A stretch of DNA of 64,000 nt, taken from Nanobdellota archaeon (GTDB lineage: Archaea; Nanobdellota; Nanobdellia; Pacearchaeales; GW2011-AR1). Below the pieces are notes generated by a model. The model had not been told where the DNA came from. It searched no databases and saw nothing but the letters and a program-made list of their open reading frames with translations. The position numbers and the translations under genes are program-made. Numbering within the stretch: the first letter of the stretch is position 1; each line of letters starts with the position of its first letter. Shown here piece by piece: positions 1 to 8,998 of this stretch. Location of the stretch: assembly GCA_038045945.1 (NCBI GenBank), contig JBBSXC010000003.1, forward strand, positions 32,001 to 96,000, given 5' to 3'.

Positions 1-220
1 TGTCTCTGTCATCTATAGCATGGATCCTCTTTGGGTCGTACTTGCTATCTCTAACATCTTCATCAAATTCTGCCTTAAAATCATCCCAAGATTCTAAGCC
101 ATCAAAAGAAGTCTTAACGATTATTGCTCTAGTCTCTGGAATAGTAATTAATTCGCCATACCTAGAAGAGAAATCACTAAAAGAATCCTCATAAATAACA
201 ATTTTAGGAGAAGAAGTCAT
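1..220 (-). CDS. Receiver-like protein, paralog of 217-630 (runs off the window start)
   Basis: Read manually from ATG at 220: MTSSPKIVIYEDSFSDFSSRYGELITIP..., first 12 aa identical to ORF 217-630; ATGA overlap with that gene's stop. Confidence 0.7.
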   Translation of the reverse strand, partial: MTSSPKIVIYEDSFSDFSSRYGELITIPETRAIIVKTSFDGLESWDDFKAEFDEDVRDSKYDPKRIHAIDDRD

Positions 221-630
221 ATTTTTTCTCCCCTAAGTAATTTTTCTAGAAATCCTTGTGTTATCTCGATTCCTGAGTATGCTCTAACATTCTTTTTTTC
301 AGCTAAGTATCGTATATCGTTATCTCCGGTGTTAAGAACTAATTTTTTATTATCGATCCTATCCATTAATGTTAATGCTTTTCCAACAAGTCCATCAGAA
401 AAATAAATATCCGCTTGTTGGATATCATGAGAGTTTACTTCCTCGCGGCTAAGGGGATTAAAAGTTGTTAGTGGATAATTTGCTTCAACAAATCTTCTAA
501 CCTTTGCAGGATCATCTAAGAATTCAACAAAGAAAACATTTACAGGCATAACTTTAAGAATTTCACCATAACGATCTCTCAATGAAGGCCATTCGTCTTC
601 ATAAATAACAATTTTTGGAGAAGAAGTCAT
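217..630 (-). CDS. Divergent CheY-like response-regulator receiver-domain protein
   Basis: KIVIYEDE (acidic pocket), ADIYFSDG (phospho-Asp position), LVLNTGD (conserved Thr); conserved Lys not evident. Confidence 0.55.
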   Translation of the reverse strand: MTSSPKIVIYEDEWPSLRDRYGEILKVMPVNVFFVEFLDDPAKVRRFVEANYPLTTFNPLSREEVNSHDIQQADIYFSDGLVGKALTLMDRIDNKKLVLNTGDNDIRYLAEKKNVRAYSGIEITQGFLEKLLRGEKI

Positions 631-632
631 AA

Positions 633-1133
633 CTAATCTTTCCTCCTTTCGTAAGAAGACTCAATACCTAATTTGTGTCTGACCTGAGAAACAACACGCC
701 TACCAACATCATAGCCAAGTGAAGCAAGATAAGAAGCAATATCCCTATCACTAAAAGGAGCATTACTATCCTCGCTATCAATGTAAGATTTAACTTCATC
801 AAAGACGTATTGGGGAATCTTGTTTCTTTCTCTCTCACTACTAGCTAATATTTCAGCATTCTTAACAACATCCTCAATACTACAAGAAATAGGAGGAGAA
901 AGACGAAGATTTTGAAGAAAACCTGTATAGGGTTTACCACCACTACCGCCCAATAAATCAAGTTGCAACTTAGAGCGATCATAAACATTAGATCTATCAT
1001 AAACTTTAGGAAGATCAGCACCACGAGAATAATTAGACTTAGCACTAGGAGGCGGAGATGGGCTCTTATAACCGGGTCTGCCAGGAATATTCAACCTTTT
1101 CTTACGACCGCGAAACTTACCAGGCTTAGCCAT
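633..1133 (-). CDS. Protein with C-terminal sigma-54 (RpoN) DNA-binding domain and basic/Pro-rich N-terminus
   Basis: VKSYIDSEDSNAPFSDRDIASYLASLGYDVGRRVVSQVRHKLGIESSYERR matches RpoN C-terminus pattern I..E+...PLSD..I...L...G..+ARRTVAKYR..LGI.SS..R. Confidence 0.8.
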   Translation of the reverse strand: MAKPGKFRGRKKRLNIPGRPGYKSPSPPPSAKSNYSRGADLPKVYDRSNVYDRSKLQLDLLGGSGGKPYTGFLQNLRLSPPISCSIEDVVKNAEILASSERERNKIPQYVFDEVKSYIDSEDSNAPFSDRDIASYLASLGYDVGRRVVSQVRHKLGIESSYERRKD

Positions 1134-1135
1134 GA

Positions 1136-2434
1136 CTAACTATACCCCCTAGAACTTTTCTCAAAAGATTTCTTAGCCCTCTGGTATAATACTGAATTGC
1201 CAAATTCTCCATCAAGAAATCTTTCCTCACGAGGATCATGCAAAGGAGTACCCTTACTCAACTCAACAAACGCAAGTCTTTGATAAGGAGTATCACAAGA
1301 TTCACGCATCTCAGAAAGATGTTTGTGTTTCCCAGAAAGCTTGAACATAGCTGAGTGATAATGAAAATCACTCCAATAAAATTCGCCATCAGAAACATCC
1401 GATTTACTAAAAGAAGAAAGAATCTTAAAAATTTTTCTTCTACCAAATACTTTAGCAAGAGGCTGAGCATGATCAATATAGAAAGCCGCAAGCTTCATAG
1501 CAGAAGAATCAGAAAACATGTGAGAAGCACTAACAAAGAGACATTCAGCTTTCAAAGGATCACTCTTAACAAGTAATTCGGCCTGATCAGCAACAGCTCT
1601 GGCTAGAGCGGGATAATGATAAAGAGCATCACCCAGATGAGACTGGACACCGGTTAAATGAAACATGGTGTGATGGAAAGAAGAATCGCCGCCACCAATC
1701 CTCTTGAAAGCCTCAATACTTTTAATATAAGAATCATCATCAAAAGAAGCTTCAGCAATAAAAGAACTAAGAAGGTGAAGAGACCTGTTATCAGGCCAAA
1801 GAGTAAGACCCTTATCAGTCAATTCTCTAGCCTTGCCAAGATGGCCATCATGAGTAGCATCAGAAGCAATACTCTGAATAACGCAACTAAGACCTTGAGA
1901 GTAAGAAATCCTAACTTCTCTTTCACATTTAGAAGGCTCCCAATCAGCAGCAGTACACTCGATTGGAAAACGATCAACATCAAGAATCATGTGTTCAAGA
2001 GAAGCATACTTACCTAGAGGAGACTTCTTTTGACTAGTAGCAAGCTCAAAATGACCCATTTCGCCTTCAACTTCAACATCAGAACAAGCATCCTTAACGC
2101 CAGTTTGACACCTAAAACCAGCGCTGTAACCCTTGAGATACATGATACTCGCAATTAAGAAAGGAAGACCAACACAGTTCCCACCCTTGCGAGAAAGAAC
2201 ATCTTGAGGCCTGAAAGTTTCAGGAACGTATACAAAACCACTTCTTCTAAGGTCTCTCTTAATATCAAGAGCAGCGACTTTAGGATCAGAATCAACACTA
2301 ATAGAATCAGCAAGAAATTTCATTTCTCTAAGAGTCCTATCATCCGCACCACAAACCTCTAAGTAAGAAGAAACTTCAGCACTAGTCCTATCTCCTTGAA
2401 GTGCAGTTAGTGGTAAATCTAAAACATCAGTCAT
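1136..2434 (-). CDS. Transglutaminase-like (SirB1-type) domain plus TPR-like helical repeats
   Basis: DVLSRKGGNCVGLPFLIASI (Cys motif), EHMILDVDRFPIEC (His/acid), then TPR-like ARELTDKGLTLWPDN. Confidence 0.6.
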   Translation of the reverse strand: MTDVLDLPLTALQGDRTSAEVSSYLEVCGADDRTLREMKFLADSISVDSDPKVAALDIKRDLRRSGFVYVPETFRPQDVLSRKGGNCVGLPFLIASIMYLKGYSAGFRCQTGVKDACSDVEVEGEMGHFELATSQKKSPLGKYASLEHMILDVDRFPIECTAADWEPSKCEREVRISYSQGLSCVIQSIASDATHDGHLGKARELTDKGLTLWPDNRSLHLLSSFIAEASFDDDSYIKSIEAFKRIGGGDSSFHHTMFHLTGVQSHLGDALYHYPALARAVADQAELLVKSDPLKAECLFVSASHMFSDSSAMKLAAFYIDHAQPLAKVFGRRKIFKILSSFSKSDVSDGEFYWSDFHYHSAMFKLSGKHKHLSEMRESCDTPYQRLAFVELSKGTPLHDPREERFLDGEFGNSVLYQRAKKSFEKSSRGYS

Positions 2435-2486
2435 ATTTCATACTCCATTATTAACTTAGGAGTAGTGAATACGCTTGTAATATCTA

Positions 2487-2515
2487 ACTGATATTAATGA
2501 TATGACTGATATTAA
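2487..2515. promoter_or_regulatory. Direct-repeat operator candidate between divergent genes
   Basis: ACTGATATTAA at 2487 and 2505; TGATAT three times at 9-bp period (2489, 2498, 2507). Confidence 0.45.
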
Positions 2516-2555
2516 AAAGCGAAAGAGTTAAAAATAGCAAAATCTAGTAGTTTTT

Positions 2556-3473
2556 ATGGAAGAAAGGAAATTAATTAAGCAAGGTGGAGGTGGATTGACT
2601 ATTTACCTGCCTAAGAAGTGGGTTGACAGAAGGGGGCTGAAGAACGGGGACAATGTTAGAGTCCTAGAAACAGACACCTCCCTAATAATTGAGGGTGACA
2701 TTAATACCAAGAATGAAATAAAAATTGATATTAACGAATCAAACATTCACGACTTAAGACACCTGCTTACTCATGCTTACCGTAGGGGTTTTAGCAAAAT
2801 AATCATTAGTTATAACAAGCCGCAAGAAATAATTAAAGAAACAAAAAAAGTAACTAGTAACGTGCTTTTAGGATTCGAAGTAACAAGCATTGAACAAAAA
2901 AGCATCATTATAGAAAACATTTCTGAACCTAGTGAAGAAAAATTTGATGTAATGCTCCAAAAAGTATTCTTAGTAATATCAGAAACTAATGAAGTATTAT
3001 TAAAAGATTTTACTAACGGGAAGTTTTCCAGCATTGACGAAATTAAAGAATTAAGAGACCAAGGTGACAAATTCATAATATTCTGCAAAAGACTCATCAC
3101 TAAGAACAGAAATGATAAAAACAGCCTCCTTGAATGGGAATTCATGACATTCCTTATGGACATCCACCACAATTACTATTATTTGTACCACTACGCTCAT
3201 GATAACAAAATTAAGACTAACAAGAACTTCTCTCAATTAATAAAAGACTTAGGACTATACTTTAGTGATTTAAGAAGCGCTTACCTGAAGAGGGATGTAT
3301 CAATAGTTCACAGAATTAATGAACAAAAAAAGAAATATCACTTTGGTGAAATAATTAAGCTATTAGAAAAATCGCGAGGGGAAGAAAACATTATCTATTC
3401 ATACATTAGAGAAATATTTCGTTCAATCCAATTATCAACTAGTCCTATAATGTCAATGAGTTTGGGATACTAA
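2556..3473 (+). CDS. AbrB-PhoU family (archaeal phosphate-uptake-regulator-like) transcriptional regulator, copy 1
   Basis: N-terminal RKLIKQGGGGLTIYLPKKWV...GL..GD.V AbrB motif, AY..GF and LLGFEV, helical PhoU-like C-terminus. Confidence 0.85.
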   Translation: MEERKLIKQGGGGLTIYLPKKWVDRRGLKNGDNVRVLETDTSLIIEGDINTKNEIKIDINESNIHDLRHLLTHAYRRGFSKIIISYNKPQEIIKETKKVTSNVLLGFEVTSIEQKSIIIENISEPSEEKFDVMLQKVFLVISETNEVLLKDFTNGKFSSIDEIKELRDQGDKFIIFCKRLITKNRNDKNSLLEWEFMTFLMDIHHNYYYLYHYAHDNKIKTNKNFSQLIKDLGLYFSDLRSAYLKRDVSIVHRINEQKKKYHFGEIIKLLEKSRGEENIIYSYIREIFRSIQLSTSPIMSMSLGY

Positions 3474-3485
3474 ATTATTTGTTTC

Positions 3486-5045
3486 TTAATCTTTCTCTCT
3501 TCTTTCTTTTATCACTCTATCAGCAGTTCCTTCTCCCTGTTCCTTGTCAAGACTTTGTTTAGCGTCATAAAGATTTTTTGCTAATTCCCATCTGTCATGA
3601 ACTCTATCGCCGGAAGTATGAAATTGTGGTCTCATCCAGTTATCAACATAGTTATATGTTATTTGAAGAACTTTACTCTCGATATCATCTGGGTCCTTTC
3701 CTTCTGCTGACATTTCAAGTAGTTTGGTTTTTACGCTTTCATAATCTGTTCTTCCTCCAGCTCTAACTACTGCTTCATAAGTTACGTCTGGGTTTAGATA
3801 AGCTGCAATTGCCGTTTTTTCATCACCTAATTTTTCAACCCACGCTCTAAAATCATAAGCTTCAGTTATTTCTCCTGCACCTAAATTCAATGCTTCAGCA
3901 TCTAAGACTTTTTTGCCTTGAAGTGCAACACGAATGATTTTTTCTTTACGCTCATAACTCAAATCTTTTTTATTTGAGTCTACTTTTTGAGCAAGACTAT
4001 CCTTCTCTTGATTCAATGAAGTTACCTCGTTACGAATAGCAGCAAATCCTAAAGCTACAGCAGTCAAAGCACCATTTATCAAGAACCATCTCTTAGCCCG
4101 TGCACGAGGCTTTGATGATTCATACCTCTTCATTGCTTTACTAAATTCTTCTTCAAGTGATTCTCCATCCTTGTATCTATCTGATGGGTCATAAGCTAAA
4201 CACTTCCTCAAAAACGGTCTTAGAGGTTTAGGAATGTTTGATAATGAATCTTCAATCATACCTTTATATTCCTGAAGACCAATATTTCTCATTGATTCAA
4301 TTGGATCTTTAGAATTTTCTAACCTTTTTTCTGTAGGGTACTTACCACTAAGCAGCTTGACTGCTAGAGAACCAACTGACCAAACATCTGACTGAGTTGT
4401 TGGGTGAGAATTATCAGCAAATACTTCTGGAGCTCTGATAGCTACATGACCAATATTGTCTCTTGGGCTCTCACTCCAATCTTCTGGACTAACTGTTGTA
4501 GCAGTACCTGTATCGGCAATAACTAATCTTGTTCGACTACTGCCAGCCGGATCATAAGACATTATGTTATCAGAATTTAAGTCTCCATGAACTCTAGAGA
4601 AATCTGTGTGTAACTCCTTTACTCCATGAACTATGTCCTCTAGCCCTAAAAGGATGGTTTCTGTTCTCTTGCTTCCTTTAAGGTAATGGTTCCAGTATTC
4701 TTCCCAATTCCTTAGAGTACTATGACATTGAGGCATCCAAATAAATGGTTTACCATCAAGGTCTTTGAATGGAACTGATGGAAGAACGTTACGTGCTGGA
4801 GCAAATCTTGATTCTCTAATTAAGACATCAGTCTCATTAATGTTTCTATGAACTCTTTGCTTTTTAGCAATTTCTGATGGAGAAAAAACCTTTATTGCCC
4901 CGTGCTGACCACTAATAACATCAAAAGCAGCATAGACTGCTCCATTACTTCCTCTCCCCAACTCTTGATAATTAACAAATCTGTCAGAACGAATAACATC
5001 CTCATGACCATCACTCCTCTTAGGGATACTACTACTAGAACTCAT
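3486..5045 (-). CDS. Membrane-anchored Hanks-type Ser/Thr protein kinase, copy 1
   Basis: LGRGSNGAVY, AIK, HGDLNSDN, ADTG, RAPE, SDVWSVG; TM WFLINGALTAVALGFAAI, coiled coil, C-terminal domain; GGAGGT SD upstream. Confidence 0.9.
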   Translation of the reverse strand: MSSSSSIPKRSDGHEDVIRSDRFVNYQELGRGSNGAVYAAFDVISGQHGAIKVFSPSEIAKKQRVHRNINETDVLIRESRFAPARNVLPSVPFKDLDGKPFIWMPQCHSTLRNWEEYWNHYLKGSKRTETILLGLEDIVHGVKELHTDFSRVHGDLNSDNIMSYDPAGSSRTRLVIADTGTATTVSPEDWSESPRDNIGHVAIRAPEVFADNSHPTTQSDVWSVGSLAVKLLSGKYPTEKRLENSKDPIESMRNIGLQEYKGMIEDSLSNIPKPLRPFLRKCLAYDPSDRYKDGESLEEEFSKAMKRYESSKPRARAKRWFLINGALTAVALGFAAIRNEVTSLNQEKDSLAQKVDSNKKDLSYERKEKIIRVALQGKKVLDAEALNLGAGEITEAYDFRAWVEKLGDEKTAIAAYLNPDVTYEAVVRAGGRTDYESVKTKLLEMSAEGKDPDDIESKVLQITYNYVDNWMRPQFHTSGDRVHDRWELAKNLYDAKQSLDKEQGEGTADRVIKERREKD

Positions 5046-5200
5046 TCTAAAACCTCCACTATTGGTTCATCAATAATATCAATAGAAAGCCTAACTATGG
5101 TGCCTGGTTTAAGTTTTCCCTCAATTGATCGAGGAATAACAATTATAGATTGAGAACCATGCTTAGCAATACGCTTAGTAAGAGAAAATTTCTTAGTCAT
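5042..5200 (-). CDS. Small AbrB/SpoVT-like DNA-binding protein (52 aa), copy 1
   Basis: MTKKFSLTKRIAKHGSQSIIVIPRSIEGKLKPGTIVRLSIDII; start moved to ATG 5200 downstream of TATA; ATGA-coupled to kinase. Confidence 0.75.
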   Translation of the reverse strand: MTKKFSLTKRIAKHGSQSIIVIPRSIEGKLKPGTIVRLSIDIIDEPIVEVLE

Positions 5201-5273
5201 TTTATGTATAAAATACATAAAGAAAAAGACTATATAAAGCTTACGAAGTAGTGTAACTAACAAGTGGTAATAA
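5201..5273 (-). promoter_or_regulatory. Archaeal-type promoter of AbrB-kinase operon with upstream conserved motif and palindrome
   Basis: Minus strand TTATTACCACTTGTTAGTTAC...CGTAAGCTTTATATAGTCTTTTT; palindrome TTTATGTAT-AAA-ATACATAAA 5201-5221. Confidence 0.6.
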
Positions 5274-5317
5274 TGTCTAGAAAAAGCCTTAAATATAAGT
5301 AATCCCTAAAGATTACT

Positions 5318-5554
5318 ATGAAGACTATTACTATAAAGCTTCCTGAGAGAGAAGCTGAAGAGCTTGAATTATTTGTTAAGTCTAGCGGTTATCCTTCGAA
5401 ATCGGAATTTATTAGACACTTAATAGTTGGTAAGATGGGTTTAGAAAGAAAAGAAAAGCTCGGATGGATGATGCTTGGCCAAAAAGCTTTAGCTAAAAGA
5501 TGGAATAATCCTAAAGATGATAAGGTATGGAGCAGTTATATAAAAAATGATTAA
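5318..5554 (+). CDS. Ribbon-helix-helix (CopG-like) antitoxin
   Basis: MKTITIKLP...GYPSKSEFIRHLI; overlaps downstream toxin. Confidence 0.8.
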   Translation: MKTITIKLPEREAEELELFVKSSGYPSKSEFIRHLIVGKMGLERKEKLGWMMLGQKALAKRWNNPKDDKVWSSYIKND

Positions 5555-5888
5555 TCAAGGAGACTTATTATTGGCGCCTTTTCCCTTTTCAGATCAGTCT
5601 GGAAGAAAAGTAAGGCCTGTAATTGTTATTAGTAATGACAAATATAACTCTCATCATGATGATATAGTTGCAGTTGGTGTAACGTCTAACGTTTTCAAAA
5701 ATCCATACTACATTGATTTCACCAATGCTGACTTAGACTTTGGTAATCTAGTAACTGTTTGCTCAATAATGGCTGATAGTCTAACACTGCTTGATAAAGA
5801 ATTGATTACTAAAAGAATCGGTAAAGTTAACAAGAACAAAATGAAAACAGTTTTTGATAAAGTTGTTGAAATAATAAAAACTAAATAA
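5547..5888 (+). CDS. mazF: PemK/MazF-family toxin
   Basis: QGDLLLAPFPFSDQSGRKVRPVIVISND...VGVTS. Confidence 0.9.
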   Translation: MINQGDLLLAPFPFSDQSGRKVRPVIVISNDKYNSHHDDIVAVGVTSNVFKNPYYIDFTNADLDFGNLVTVCSIMADSLTLLDKELITKRIGKVNKNKMKTVFDKVVEIIKTK

Positions 5889-5901
5889 ATTTAGTCATCT
5901 T

Positions 5902-6432
5902 TTAATGATCCCACTCGCCTTTTGATTCCTGAGTGGGTTTTTCTTTTATTATTTCTCTGAATCTTATTGCTCCTTCATCATAAATTGCTGATTCTCTTCT
6001 TTCAGCAATCTTATAGCTTGCATAACCTAGTAAAGTTAAAGCACCAAATGTTCCCATTAACGCTTGATGTAGGGGATTATTATCATGTTCTCTTCTATCA
6101 TTTTTATAAGTAATTACTGATTCTTCTTTAGAAGAAAGATTTATCTCTTGGTCTAATTTCTTTATGGTTTCATCAAATTTGGCTGCTAATGGTTCTTGAT
6201 AAATCTTTAATTCTTCTCTAACATTATTCGTTCCTAAAGACCAAAGCTGACTTTGAAGACCATTTCTATAATTAACCAACAATCGATAATGATCATAACC
6301 CATGGTTTTAGGCCTGTCAGGGCCTCCAAATACCCAAAAACCAAGACTAGAAGCTAAACCTAATGATGAAAGAGCAAAAGTAAGACTAGAACAACGCTTA
6401 ATTCTCTTAACAGAATCTAACCGAGAAGTCAT
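5902..6432 (-). CDS. Hypothetical membrane protein (2 TM flanking a coiled coil)
   Basis: Two hydrophobic segments; ATGA-coupled to upstream gene. Confidence 0.6.
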   Translation of the reverse strand: MTSRLDSVKRIKRCSSLTFALSSLGLASSLGFWVFGGPDRPKTMGYDHYRLLVNYRNGLQSQLWSLGTNNVREELKIYQEPLAAKFDETIKKLDQEINLSSKEESVITYKNDRREHDNNPLHQALMGTFGALTLLGYASYKIAERRESAIYDEGAIRFREIIKEKPTQESKGEWDH

Positions 6433-6746
6433 TTCTTTTTCCTCTCACTCAAAAAAGAGTTAATTGCCTTAGACAAGTCTGGTTTGTGTGAATCTCTGCT
6501 TCTTAATGACTCATAATAATTATCATAAGAAGAAGTGTTACTTCTATAACTTCCACCCCACTCAAATAATCGCCAATTATCATTATCAACAACAACCAAG
6601 TCGGATCTGCCATCGCCATTAAAATCTAAAGAATAAACTTCGCGAGGATCATAATCAGAAGAATTATTGCCCAGAACGAAACCAGCAGATAAAACGCCTA
6701 AAGCACAAGCAGCAAATCCCATCTTTCTTAAATTTTCATCAGACAT
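6429..6746 (-). CDS. Small membrane-anchored protein with one FG-GAP/VCBS-like Ca-binding motif
   Basis: N-terminal TM then DFNGDGRSDLVVVD. Confidence 0.6.
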   Translation of the reverse strand: MSDENLRKMGFAACALGVLSAGFVLGNNSSDYDPREVYSLDFNGDGRSDLVVVDNDNWRLFEWGGSYRSNTSSYDNYYESLRSRDSHKPDLSKAINSFLSERKKK

Positions 6747-6760
6747 TTTTCTTTTCTCCT

Positions 6761-8002
6761 TTACTTAAAATTATAAGTTAAGCCAAGCATACCTGAATAA
6801 GAATTTTTACCTTCTACAGGCATAGCAGCACGAAGGGCGAAGTCTAAACTAAGACTCTTATCAGCATTAGTGTAAATTTTAGCTCTTAAATCAGCATTAT
6901 TAACACTCAAACTCTTATCATTAAGATCAGAATGCCTACCAACTTGTAAAACAACATCCTTAATCCATGAATCACTAACGCTACCTAAACCAACAGCAAC
7001 ATCGGAGTTAAAGTATCTGCTTGAAGGTTCATCATGATACTTAACGTCAAAACTAATGCTGCCTAAATTACCACTATTGCTAGCTGAAGCACCAAAGAAA
7101 TCAATTCTAGAGTCGCCATCACCGATGCCGAAAGGGAAAGTAGCATCACCATCTCCACCAAGGAATGGAGTAATGGAGTTGAAAAGAGTGTCCTGAGTAC
7201 CAACAAGGAAAGCACCACCTGGAGCCTTCTTACCAAAACGAACCCTAGCCTCAAAACCCTTATTTTGGCCTTGAACAGTATCAAAAACTTTAGCTTGAGT
7301 GAGAACTTTGTAACCGTCTATAGCACTATTAGCATCAGACCACTTGTAAGAGAAAGCAGTGTTAAAAGTATCAGAATCATTAACTCTATGACCGCCAATA
7401 CCAAAATCAATCTTATTATCATTAAATACTAAAGCATAACCAAAATTACCATCGCTATCAGCAGTAACCTGAGGTTTAAACTTATCAACATTAAAACCGA
7501 TAGCACTAGCAAGTCGGTTCTCAAAAGGTTTAGCATTATCCTGGAATTCAAAATTAAGGAAGTCAAGAGTACTATCTTTGAATGATTTCTCAAGCATAAG
7601 GCGACCATTATCCAAAGATGAATCTAAGAAAGACTGATAACCCGCATTAAAGCGAACACCAGTATTAGACTCAGACTTACCAAAAGTTAAGTCAGCACCA
7701 TAAATATTAGATCCGTTCTCGCCACGATAAGCAACCTTACCTAAATCACTAGAAAGAATCTGGTGAGTTTGCAAACCACCATGACCATCAGCATAAGCTC
7801 TAGAAGTCAAAACTACAGAATCAACAGCCCTTTCTAAGTCAGACTTAGCTGGAGCATTATCTCCGGCTAGAGCACTAGCTCCAAGAGCATAAGGCATCAA
7901 GGCAGCAGTTAAAGCTGCAACATTAGCCATTTTCCTTATACTTTTTCTTATTGTTTGTTTCATTGTATTTTTATCCATCATCTTATGGTCTGTCGTAACC
8001 AC
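6761..8002 (-). CDS. Secreted beta-strand-rich protein resembling an outer-membrane beta-barrel (start uncertain)
   Basis: Signal-like MANVAALTAALMPYALGASALA, many alternating amphipathic strands, C-terminus SYSGMLGLTYNFK. Confidence 0.55.
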   Translation of the reverse strand: MVTTDHKMMDKNTMKQTIRKSIRKMANVAALTAALMPYALGASALAGDNAPAKSDLERAVDSVVLTSRAYADGHGGLQTHQILSSDLGKVAYRGENGSNIYGADLTFGKSESNTGVRFNAGYQSFLDSSLDNGRLMLEKSFKDSTLDFLNFEFQDNAKPFENRLASAIGFNVDKFKPQVTADSDGNFGYALVFNDNKIDFGIGGHRVNDSDTFNTAFSYKWSDANSAIDGYKVLTQAKVFDTVQGQNKGFEARVRFGKKAPGGAFLVGTQDTLFNSITPFLGGDGDATFPFGIGDGDSRIDFFGASASNSGNLGSISFDVKYHDEPSSRYFNSDVAVGLGSVSDSWIKDVVLQVGRHSDLNDKSLSVNNADLRAKIYTNADKSLSLDFALRAAMPVEGKNSYSGMLGLTYNFK

Positions 8003-8050
8003 TTAATGATAACATAATAGCAGAAATCTTGGGATATAAACATTTTTATT

Positions 8051-8080
8051 AAACTATATAAACTAGTATAAATCTATATA
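8051..8080. promoter_or_regulatory. Three 10-bp imperfect direct repeats, operator candidate
   Basis: AAACTATATA AACTAGTATA AATCTATATA just upstream of CTTAAATA TATA-like box of the regulator. Confidence 0.4.
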
Positions 8081-8122
8081 TATTTAGGAAAAGCTTAAAT
8101 ATCGGTCTATATTAACAATCAA

Positions 8123-8998
8123 ATGAAACGTAAATTAGTACAACAAGGGGCTAGCACAATGATGATTAGTCTACCTAGCAAGTGGGTTAAGGCAAATAAC
8201 CTGATAAAGGGGAGCGAAGTGGACATGGATGAAAAGGGTAAAGAAATAGTTATTTCAACTTCAATCAAGAAAGATAATGAAAAAAAGGCCGTAGTGGACC
8301 TATCAGGATATGATTTGCTAATAAACAGAGTTATAGTTTCTCTATACCTTAAGGGATATGAGGAAGTAGAACTAATATTCAAAAACCGTGAAGAAATGAA
8401 GAAAGTGAAGAAGCATGTCCTTGAAGAATTGCTTGGTTTTGAAGTAATAAAACAGGAACAAAATAAGATGATCATAAGAGACCTTACAGGTTTTGAAAAA
8501 CAAAATATTGATGATGTGATAAAGAGGATATTCTTCGTTCTAGATGGGATGCTTGAAGACTTAATTAATGCTGTAAACAAAAAAGAAAGCCTTGATGGAA
8601 TAGTCGACCTTGATTCAAGCATTAATAAGCTGACACACTTTTCACTTAGAATACTTAACTCTAAAGGATATTCTCAAGCAGATAAGACCGAAGAATTCTA
8701 TGGTATGATCTCGATACTTGAACAAATTGGCGACTTAATAAAACAATTAGTGATGGACTTAACAAAAGACAAACTTTCAACAAACCAACTAGAAGTAATC
8801 AGAAAAATTAGATTACTGTTAGATATTTTTTGCAAAATATTGTTTAAGTTTAATAAAGAAGAAGCTGTTAAATTCGCAAAACTATACCAAGAAATAAAAG
8901 ATTCAATAAAGAATAAGAATAAGGTTGACTTAACGCTTAACCAGATTAACGAGGCGATAATAAGAATGAATAACCACTTGCTGGTAACCGTGTTATAA
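8123..8998 (+). CDS. AbrB-PhoU family transcriptional regulator, copy 2
   Basis: MKRKLVQQGASTMMISLPSKWV, LYLKGYEEV, LLGFEV. Confidence 0.85.
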   Translation: MKRKLVQQGASTMMISLPSKWVKANNLIKGSEVDMDEKGKEIVISTSIKKDNEKKAVVDLSGYDLLINRVIVSLYLKGYEEVELIFKNREEMKKVKKHVLEELLGFEVIKQEQNKMIIRDLTGFEKQNIDDVIKRIFFVLDGMLEDLINAVNKKESLDGIVDLDSSINKLTHFSLRILNSKGYSQADKTEEFYGMISILEQIGDLIKQLVMDLTKDKLSTNQLEVIRKIRLLLDIFCKILFKFNKEEAVKFAKLYQEIKDSIKNKNKVDLTLNQINEAIIRMNNHLLVTVL

